Origin: Dipteris shenzhenensis
Taxonomy: Eukaryota
Strand: one strand, 5' to 3'
DNA: 64,000 nucleotides
Assembly: GCA_047967505.1 (NCBI GenBank)
Contig: CM106538.1
Shown here: positions 1 through 10,027 of the stretch, one piece after another
How the letters are laid out: the number at the start of each line of letters is the position of its first letter
Numbering within the stretch: position 1 is the stretch's first letter
Translations under genes and position numbers: made by a program
The notes under the pieces: model-generated
What the model was told of the DNA's origin: nothing
The model's database searches: none
The model's input: only the letters and a program-made list of their open reading frames with translations

Positions 1-266
1 ACCATTGATATGGTGATGGAGTAGGAAAAGGAAAGAGTACAGACCATGTGGTTGGCCGTGGGAGTAATCCAAGATTTGTATTAAGTTGAAACGTGAAAAA
101 TAAACTGCTGCATGATAAGGGACAGCATGGAAAATTGCAAAAAAAACTGAGTACATCTTGAGGTAAAACACTGATATTTACAGTGAGGGCCAAACAGCTT
201 GGCAAAATCTAACAGTGCAAAAAAAAACCCAAACACCAACAGCCATGTATCAACCCTTGTATGAGA

Positions 267-3162
267 TTACTGAGGGTGGTAAACAGCAGCCTGTTCCTCT
301 GCCTTCTCCTCTTCCGCCTTCGTATTTGGCTCTGTGGCCTTTTGTGCATCCCTTTGCTCTGGCTCAGTCATAGGTATCTGTGGATGGGGTGCTTCCTCCT
401 CACACTCAAGCATGTCCATCACATTTCTCAGATTTTCATACTTGTCTTTATATCGGTGGTATCGCCGGTAGTAATGATCCTTTTGCTCTTGCAAGGTGGA
501 CTGGGAAGTATGGAGGGTGGCCAACTGCATCCGAAGATCTGTGAATTCTTCCTCCATGGATGAACGCTTCTTTTCCAATTCAGCCACTCTGGATTCTGAT
601 TTTTCTTTGGCAATCTCGGAGGAAGACAAAGACTCTTTTAACTGTGTAATCTCCTGGTGAAATCTGGTCACCTCTGTGACATGCTGGCTGTGCAAAGTTG
701 CCAGAGCTGCGGCATGTTGGCTGCGTAAAGTTGTCATTGCTGCTTCCCATTCTTGCCTGTGATTATGGAGGCGATCCTCAAGGGCAGCCTTCTGAATATT
801 CCAAGCGATGACACGCTCATGTATTGCTGAGTCCTTCTCTTTCTGCCACCTTTCCTCCTGTTGTCGAAGTGTCACGCTAGTGGCGCGCTGCTGGGCTGCC
901 TGTGCTCTCTCGAATTCTAACTTTAAATGTTGCTGTTGAGAGAGGAGCTTATGAGCATAACCTGTGGAATTGAAGACCGCTGTCCCAAGCTGCGTGAAGG
1001 TGTCGTCCATGATACGCTGAGCAAGATGCAGGGACCTTTTCATCCATGCATACCTGTCGCTGTAATTCATCCTGTCTGCCAAATTAATGACGTCCCCCAA
1101 TTCCTCAAACATGTCAGGGAGAACTCCCTCTTCCTCGGTTGACAGGTTTCCTGTAGGTGCCAATTTGTCCAAGTGCACAAAACATGTCGGGGCCCTGGAG
1201 ATCTTTTTGTTCTGTGCGAGGCAGTCCTACAAGGGAATGGTGAAGATTTGATTGAGATCCTCCTCTTCCCCACATACTGGTGAGCGTTTTTTGTGAAGGA
1301 CAGATAGTAGTTGGCTGTAATCTTCATTCTGTTTTTCCACCAGGGAAATATTTGAAAGAGGTGGGCCCGATGAAGCAGCTATGTAAGCTGTGAACATATC
1401 ATTCTCATGAAGGGGTGGGCAATCCACAGATTGGGGCAGAATCCCTTCCTCAAATACCTCCTCTGATGCTGAAGTGGCCGATGGAGCATCTCCTCGAGAG
1501 GGGCTCCCACTCCCGTCTCTAGTCCTGTCTCTGTCTGGGGAGGGCGAAATGTGAAGTACACCCTGGGATGACACCTCCTGAGAAAGCCCGTGGGAGTGGG
1601 AGTCGGGTCCCAGGCTAAGATTCAGGTCCAACACTTGGTCCAAAACATGGTCAGAGATCGCCTGAACTGTGGTGATGACTACATCGGTGAAAGTGGTAGG
1701 GAGTGAAGACGAAACATCTGCAGTCCTTCGTAACAATACACCTGTCGAGGAAGTCCCGGGTACAACAGTCGTCGTCACTGGTACAATAGGAGGTGTACCT
1801 GGTGCAATCCCTCCCATTGAAAGTCTGGAGATCGCTGGAGAAGCCTGGACAAGTGTGACTGATGGAGAGGCAAGTCCTGGCACGGGCACGACTGATGGAG
1901 ATACAAGACATGTCACTGATGGTAACCCTATGGCACCGGTAACAGAATATACTGAAGAAGCTCCGGTGCAGACTTCATGAGGTGGCGCTTACCGAGGTGT
2001 CCTCCTGAGCGAAAGAGGAGAAGAGGCAGTCCCGGGGGAAGGAACACTGGAAGTGACAGTGAACGATGTGGAAGAGGGGGTGACAGGAGGGGAGAGAGAT
2101 ATGAAGGGAGGCGACCTTTGACAATGGGAGGAGGGTTGGCCTTCCACTGATGAAGTAAGAAGGTGAGGTGGGGCCCACAAGTACAGGTTTATGTGCCCCG
2201 ACGCTTGCGAACTGTGTTACGAAAGGCAGAGTAGAAGAGTGAGGCGAAATCATAGGGAGTGACCGAGAGAATGGAGTCTAAGGCAGAATGGATCGCCTTG
2301 GTGATGAAGAAGTGGCCTGGGGCAGAGTAGAAGTGCGTGAACAAATACCTCGCTAGAAGCGCTTCTCGGTTGTTTCCCTCGAGAACCTTCTTGCACTCAT
2401 GTCCTCTGCGATGAGTTTTACAGGTAGACAAGAAGGACAGAAATGTGGGTGAGCCAGTGTGAGGTGGCAAAAAGGGAAGTGTGGGAAGACGGAGATATGT
2501 GGATACGAGACTAGGAGTGAACATGTGACGGGAATTCAAGAATCCGAATGTGTCTGTTGCAAAGTCATAAGATTGAATGAACGCAGTACACATTTGGACG
2601 TCCACCTGGGGAAGTGTGACATCATCAAACTCCATGAGAGACATGCGGGCTATCTCATCAGGTGACAAGATGCTAGACAGCTTGAGTGTGGGATCGAGGA
2701 AAGGTTTGAAAACCACCCGAATGATCGAGGAGGATGAATTGGGGGTGGAAGATCACAAGCCGTACTTTGTGGGGCCAAATCACCGCCACCGTTACTGCGA
2801 CCACTGTGCCCACTGTGCCCACTGGATGCCTTGGATGGTGTTTTGATTGTACCTGTGGGGGGCAGATAGTCAGAGCCTCCATGATCTGAATCAGAGGAAC
2901 TCGAAAAGGGGGATAGCTCCTCATCCGATATGATAGTGATCCTGTTGGAGGAAGGTGAATCTGCAGCTGCTCGAGGTCGTTTCGAAGTGCTCTGTGGTGT
3001 AGACCCGGCACCCAGGTCATCAGTGGTGCGTTTGCCAAGTGATGCCATGGAAGATGGTCCCGATCCTGTTTTGTGGCCTGCTCGAGCCCGATGGAAGTCA
3101 ATGAATAAAGTATCGCGGGGTAATCTGGGTTTGTACTTGTGGCGAGAGGCACGGGTAGGCAT
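267..3162 (-). pseudogene. Extra (env-position) ORF of the gypsy element, about 950 codons, broken by about 2 frameshifts and 2 in-frame stops; C-terminal coiled-coil-like region
   Basis: ORFs 2180-1989, 1916-1227 and 1178-267 share one frame separated by single stops (1989-1991, 1227-1229). ORFs 3231-2650 and 2716-2189 lie upstream in other frames. Same strand as pol; Q/E/K/R-rich C-terminus. Confidence 0.7.
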
Positions 3163-3389
3163 GAACGATGGCGTCGTATGGAGAGGAAAAGAGTACGGAG
3201 GGGGTGTCGATGTCGAGGTCTGGAGAGGCAAGGAGGGAGGAGGAGGTGTTGATGTCGAGGTTAAGCCCGGAATCTGCTACGAGAGAATTCCTTAGCAGAG
3301 CCACCAGTGCAGGCCCATGCTTCGATGGAGAGGAAAAGAGTGAGGAAGGGGTTTCGGTGGAGAGGGAGAGCAAAAGGACGGATGTAGAC

Positions 3390-4790
3390 TAGGGGGGAGG
3401 AGGGGGGGCTGGAGCAAGGAGGGGAGAGGGGGTGATGCAGAGGGTGTAGGGAGGAGAAGGGGGGAGAGTTGCTCCAGAGAGGGGGACGTAGGCAGATAGA
3501 GGGGGGCTGCGCAGGAGAGAGGGGGAGGGGCAGGGTGGTGGGTACAGGGAGAGCGGGGAGGGGCTGTTGTGCAAGAGAGGGGGAGGGGACTGTTGCGCAG
3601 GAGAGGGGGAGAGGGGAAGGGTGGTGGGTAAAGGGGAAGAGGGGGGGGGCCTGTTGTGCAGGAGAGGGGGAGGGGGCTGTTGCGCAGGAGAGGGGGAGGG
3701 GACTGTTGTGCAGGAGAGGGGGAGGGGGGAAGGGTGGTGGGTAAAGGGGGAGAGGGGGGGGGGGCCTGTTGCGCAGGAGAGGGGGAGGGGGCTGTTGCGC
3801 AGGAGAGGGGGAGGGGGGAAGGGTGGTGGGAAAAGGGGGAGAGGGGGGGGCCTGTTGCGCAGGAGAGGGGGAGGGGGCTGTTGCGCAGGAGAGGGGGAGG
3901 GGACTGTTGCACAGGAGAGGGGGAGAGGGGACTGTTGCGCAGGAGAGGGGGAGAGGGGAAGGGTGGTGGGTAAAGGGGGAGAGGGGGGGGGGGCCTGTTG
4001 CGCAGGAGAGGGGGAGGGGGCTGTTGCGCAGGAGAGAGGGAGAGGGGAAGGGTGGTGGGTAAAGGGGGAGAGGGGGGGGGCCTGTTGCGCAGGAGAGGGG
4101 GAGGGGGGAGCGTGGTGGGTAAAGGGGGAGAGGGGGGCCCTGTTGCGCAGGAGAGGGGGAGGGGGAAGGGTGGTGGTAAAGGGGGAGAGGGGGGGCCTGT
4201 TGCGCAGGAGAGGAGGAGGGGGGAAGGGTGGTGGTAAAGGGGGAGAGCGGGGGGCCTGTTGCGCAGGAGAGGAGGAGGGGGGAAGGGTGGGGGTAAAGGG
4301 GGAGAGGGGGGGGCCTGTTGCGCAGGAGAGGATGGGTGAAGGGTGGTGGGTAAAGGTGGAGAGGGGGGGGCCTGTTGCGCAGGAGAGGAGGAGGGGGGGG
4401 AAGGGTGGTGGGTAAAGGGGGAGAGGGGGGGGCTGTTGCGTAGGAGAGGAGGAGAGGGGAAGGGTGGTGGGTAAAGGGGGAGAGGGGGGGGCCTGTTGCG
4501 CAGGAGAGGGGGAGGGGGGAGCGTGGTGGGTAAAGGGGGAGAGGGGAGGCCTGTTGCGTAGGAGAGGAGGAGAGGGGAAGGGTGGTGGGTAAAAGGGGAG
4601 AGGGGGGGGGCTGTTGCGTAGGAGAGGAGCAGGGGGGAAGGATGGTGGGTAAAGGGGGAGAGGGGGGGGGCTGTTGCGTAGGAGAGGAGGAGAGGGGAAG
4701 GGTGGTTGGTAAAGGGGGAGAGGGGGGGCTGTTGCGTAGGAGAGGAGGAGGGGGGAAGGGTGGTGGGTAAAGGGGGAGAGGGGGGGGGCT
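3390..4790. repeat. G-rich tandem array of mixed ~22-bp and ~60-bp units (core CTGTTGCGCAGGAGAGG) inside the gypsy element
   Basis: More than 20 recurrences of ctgttgcg[c/t]aggagagg, alternating with gggaagggtggtgggtaaagggggagaggggggg. Confidence 0.95.
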
Positions 4791-4795
4791 GAACC

Positions 4796-5120
4796 AAGGG
4801 TGGAAAGAGAAGGTGTTTGTAAGAGAGAGGTAGGAGTTGGACAGAGGGTGGAAAGAGAAGGTGTTTGTAAGAGAGAGGTGGGAGTTGGACAGAGGGTGGA
4901 AATAGAAGGTGTTTGTAAGAGAGAGGTAGGGAGTTGGACAGAGGGTGGAAAGAGAAGGTGTTTGTAAGAGAGAGGTAGGGAGTTGGTGGACAGAGGGTGG
5001 AAAGAGAAGGTTTTTGTAAGAGAGAGGTAGAAGTTGGACAGAGGGTGCAAAGAGAAGGTGTTTGTAAGAGGGAGGTGGAAGTTGGAGAGAAGGTAGAAGG
5101 AGAAGGAGTTTGTAAAACAG
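4796..5120. repeat. ~48-bp tandem repeat, about 6.5 copies
   Basis: Unit agagggtggaaagagaaggtgtttgtaagagagaggt[a/g]ggagttggac. Confidence 0.92.
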
Positions 5121-5139
5121 GATGAAAAGGGGAGGCCGT

Positions 5140-5450
5140 AGTTAGAGAGAGAAAGTGACACAGAGTGAAAAAGGGAGGCTGCATTTTAAGGGTGGTCATT
5201 TAGAGAGAGAGTGGCACGGGATGGAAAAAGGTGGTCACACTTAGAGAGAGAAAGTGGCTTGGGGTGAAAAATGGAGGGCTCACTTAGAGAGAGACAATGA
5301 CACTTGGGTGGAAAGAGAAGGACCCATTTAGAGAGAAAAATTGGCACCAAGGGGAGAGAGGAGGAGCCATGTAGAGAGAGAAAGTGGCACTAGGGGCAGA
5401 GAGGAGGACCCTTGTAGAAAGAGAAAGTGGCCCTCACTCAGAGGGAGAAG
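5140..5450. repeat. Degenerate ~40-45-bp tandem repeat
   Basis: Recurrent tagagagagaaagtggcac-like motif, about 7 times. Confidence 0.7.
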
Positions 5451-5488
5451 ATGTCACCAGGAAGGAGAAGGATTAGGAGGGTGTTTTC

Positions 5489-8400
5489 TCATTGATCATG
5501 GTACCTCTTGATGCGTGACCCATTCACCAGTGCAGGTAGAAGTCTGCCTTCCAAAGTGGCCAAGTAGACTCCGCCACTTGGGATAAGCTTGGCAATGAAA
5601 AATGGACCTGTCCAACCACTCACAAACTTAGGTTTGTGTTTGAGAAACTTACTGGAATACAAGAGTACTAAATCTCCGACTTTGAAATTCCTTTTTTTGA
5701 GGTTCCGGTCATGCCAAGCTTTTTGTCGCTTCTGCCAAACTTCTTGAGCGAAAACTGCTTCACGTCGATGCTCTGCCAGTGCTTCCGCACGTGGGTAATA
5801 GGGAGAGGAAAATTTGTGAACTATTTGAAGCAGGTGAACTAGTGCAGCAATGGTGTCATTTAGGAAGTGAGACCCTCTATCACTTATCAACTCAACAGGA
5901 CAACCAAACCGAGAGATGATCTGGTCATATAGAAATGTGGCTACTACCTGGGCTGTACAGTTCTTGACTGCCTTGGCTTCGACCCATTTGGTTCCATAGT
6001 CGGTGGCAAGCAGAGCATACTTGTTCCCTTGGCGTGTGGCAGGAGAGATGGGTCCAATGAAATTCAATCCCCAGCGATAGAAGGGAGGCACCGGAGTGAA
6101 TGGTTTGAGAGGGAGGTACTCACGCCTTGTAGGCTTGGGGCCCGCTCGTTGACATGAATCACATCTAGTCACATGAACATGGCAGTCGCGGAAGAGCTTG
6201 GGCCACCAGAACCTTGCTCGCATGATCTTACGAGTAGTAGCATCTGAGGCCATATGCCCTCCACCTATGCCAGCATGTGCCTCTTTAAGAATGGATTGTG
6301 TCTCGTGCGGAAGCACACACCGTCTCAAGATCTGATCCTTCCCGAGCTTGTACAATTGACCTGCAATCAACTTAAAAGGAGCAGCTTGAAGGATCCGTTT
6401 GCGTTTCTCTGTTGGAGTTAATCCTGGAGGAAAGCCACCTGTAGACAAGAGGTGTACTATGTTGGCATACCATGGTGGGAAGCAGTCCACCGCAAATAGG
6501 CATTCATCAGGTAGTGCCATTATTCCGAACAAGCCCGCATCGGGTAAGTCATCGGTGATACCACTGGCTGGTTCCCCGGAATGTAACCTGGACAACTGGT
6601 CTGCAGGTTGATGCAGTCTCCCAGCCCTCACCACAATGTCGAATTCAAATTCTTGAAAAAGAAGAATCCATTTGCTTATCCAGCCACCATGAGTAGGCTT
6701 ATTCAATAAATACTTAAGAGCTTGATGATCAGTGATGATCACAAACTTGTTGCCCAAGAGGTAGTGACGATACTTGGTCATGGCATAAACCATGCCGAGG
6801 CCCTCCCTTTCTGTAATACTGTAATTGCGTTCTGCTCCATTGAGTTGTCGACTCGCGAAGTAGATCGGCAAATCAATCTTGGTATCTTGGTTAGGTTGAG
6901 CCAGTATAGCACCTACTGCCCACCCACTAGCATCCACATGGACATGAAAAATTACATCCCAATCGGGCTGCCTGAGGATGGGGGCCTTCACGAGGCGATG
7001 CTTCAGATCATCAAAGGCTAGTTGTTGTGGGGTGGCCCAAACAAACGATCGGTCTTGATGTAGGAGTTCTGTCAGGGCAATAGCAATGTCGGCATAGAAA
7101 CGTATGAACCTTTGGTAATATCCTACATGCCCTAAGAAGGACTTCACCTCTTTAGGTGTACGAGGGATGGGCAATGAGATGATCACCTCTACCTTTGCGG
7201 GATCCGTGGTCATTCCCTCAGCAGAAACAATATGACCAAGGAGAACACCTCGGAGTGCGAGAAGAAACATTTGTCAGGGTTCAAACACAAGCGCACTCTC
7301 TGCACTTATCAAAGACCCATCTCAACTTATGTAGATGATCATTTTGTATGGCCGGATCAAGATGGGAGGCCGATTTACCATTAAAAACAGAGAAGTCATC
7401 TAGAAATACCTCAAGAAACTTACCAATATTCTCTTGAAAGAGTTTGGTTACGAGTCGTTGAAAGGTTGCCAGGGCATTACATAGTCCAAAGGGCGTCATT
7501 CGGTTGGCATATGTTCCCCATTGAGTGACAAAGGTAGTCTTGGGCTGATCCTGTTCTTTCACTCGGACTTGATTGTACCCGCTATATCCATCCATGAATG
7601 AGTATAAAGCATGTCCTGCCACTGTCTCCAACACTCTATCTGTGAAGGGAAGGGGGAACCTATCACGTCGTGTTGCAGCATTCAAACTCCGATAGTCAAC
7701 ACATATTCTACGTTTGCCGGTCTCTCTTTTGGGTACAATGACAATTCCACTGACCCAATCGGAGTAATCCACTGGGTAGATTAATCCTGCTTGCTCCATT
7801 TTCTGTATATCTGTTTGGACTGCCTTGCCATAGTTGGGATTCATGCGTTATGGACCTTTAATCACAGGGTCTGCATCGGGATATAAGTCGATGCTATGCT
7901 CCATGAAATCAGTGGGCACCCCCTTCAGATCCTTGTAGGACCAAGCAAAGACGTCCACAAATTCTTTAAAAAGGTCGGTGACTGCAACTAGAAGATAGTT
8001 ATGTTCCCAGACCCAAGTGGCTAACTTCAAATGCCTGGGTTGGTCCTCACTTCCAATGTTGAGATACCGCCAGTTCCGTGCCTCATCAACAGGGGCAATG
8101 CATTGGGATGTTGAGGTACTTGGTTCACCCATTCTCAGTCCTGTATGTGGTGGAGTATCTTCAAGGGGAAAGTCCCCCTCCACTTCTCTCAACCAAGATG
8201 AGGGGTAAGTAACTGGGGGGTTCTCAGGCATTGACTGAGATGTAGAATCAGTAGATGTTGCAGATGTTGTGTGCCTTCGATGCCTCGGTGACTGTTTCAG
8301 CATGCCCCGGTAAGGTAAGCCTTCCACCTCATAAGTGGTTTCCGGAAGGTCTTGAATTGAGGGGTGGTCGGCTTCTGATAAGAAAAGGTCAAGCAAAGTG

Positions 8401-9580
8401 AGATCGGCCATGTCCTCATCTCTGTATCCGGTATGCACCCTGGGTCCGCCCAAGACCTCAAGCTGTTGGTGGTGATTCTCCTGAAGTTCAGCAATGTCTA
8501 TGTCACTTTCTTCTAAATCACTATCATCATCAGTCTCGTCTTCATTAGTGTTCCTGTCTTCTCTATCACCATCATTGCACTTAGCAGTACCATGGTTGTA
8601 CACCGTAGTACCATGGTTGTGCACCGTAATACCATGATTGTACTGTGGAGTACCATTGGTGGGTTGTGCACTACTAGCCTCGTCCCTAGTAGATCCTTCA
8701 TTGTATCCTATAGTATTGTCAGCATCATTTTGACCAATGTCCTCCATGTCGGCCACTGGACGATCCTCAATGTTTACTGTAGTACCATCATTGTCCTCAG
8801 TACGATCCGTGGTGTCCACTGTAATACCCCTAGTGACCATTCTCTTATACATGTGTGGACTATTGCAAAGTCCAAAGGGCATCCTTTCGTAAACTAGTTC
8901 AGCCAGACCCTGTCGTTCTGGGTGGATTTCGGATACTGTAAGTAGGTGTTCTTCTTGATCTTCTTGTTGGCATAGTTCCACCATGTTGACCGCTAAGGAG
9001 CCCAGGGCTCCCATCCAATCCAAAATGACAGCCTCCTCGTCTTCTTGATCAGCCTGATCCAACAAGTAGGTCAAACTTTCAAATCCTTCTAGGGTTGTCT
9101 CCTCATTGATATCTTGGTCACCACCCCTGGGCCAGTCCCCACAGGCCCAATGCTCCTCTTCGACTCCGGCTTGTTCTTCAAAATCCTCCTCTCCGAGTTC
9201 TATTGGTATGTGCCTTACCTGCCCTGTGACCATATCTATTTCGAGGGATGTCGATCCTAATCCTGAATGGCTTTTGAAGACCGCAACCATGGCCTACCAA
9301 GAAGTAGAGGGTAAGTTTGTTCATTTTCGGTCATATCAAGGACAACAAAATTGGAGAGAAAAGTTACTCCGCCAATCTTCATGTGAACACCTTTGACTGC
9401 ACCCATTGGTTTTACTCTGCGTTGATCAGCCATGCGTACCTGAAAGTGAACATCACTTGTCAACTTCAACCCTAGTTTTTGGAGTGTACCTTTTGGCATA
9501 ATGTTCACAGCCGCCCCACCATCGAGGAAGACGTCCTTCAGCTCCACTCCATGGATCTCCACGGTGAGCTTGGGACTTTG
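5489..9580 (-). pseudogene. pol: pol (protease, long acidic spacer, RT, RNase H, integrase) of the gypsy element, with stops, frameshifts and an integrase deletion
   Basis: ORFs 9562-9257 (protease), 9290-7848 (spacer), 7844-7281 (RT) and 7270-5489 (RT end, RH, INT). Integrase reads WGLNFIGP and YYPRA|EALAEHRR. Confidence 0.92.
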
Positions 9581-10027
9581 TTCACAAGTGAGGGCAGCGT
9601 AGGCAGAGAAGTGGTCCGGTGTAGACCCATGCTGAGCCGGTAATGTCTCTGGTGTTGGCCCACTCGGAGTAGATCCCTTGTGTCGACCTCATGGGAGGCG
9701 ATTCAGAAATGTAATAGTCTGATGCTTGATTTGGGGGGACAATAGACAAAGTTGTCGTAGAGTGAGGTTGGGTTTGAAACTCATAAGATCTTCAAACAAG
9801 GAGTAGTGGTGGACACTAGCATTAGCCTTCTGCAACTTCATCCTCCTAGCCTCTGGCCGAGGGTCGAAGCTTACACGAGGATGTGGATGTAGGTCTGAAC
9901 TGTGAGTCATTGTCTCCAGTGGTTTCTCTTCCATTACTCCTTTCCCTTTTTCCTGGGCAGGACTAGGTCTTGTCCCCATAGCCTCTTCTCTGTTGAGTGC
10001 TGTTGGGGACAAAGTGGGAGGACCTAC

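Noticed and set aside
3500-4790. CRISPR-like periodicity of the CTGTTGCGCAGGAGAGG motif
   Set aside because: The intervening sequences are themselves repeated, there are no cas genes, and the context is eukaryotic.
3292-5199. 635-aa and 590-aa Pro-rich ORFs resembling extensins, and Gly/Arg-rich ORFs on the + strand
   Set aside because: Several frames are open at once because the C-rich tandem array lacks stop codons, and the region lies inside a retrotransposon.
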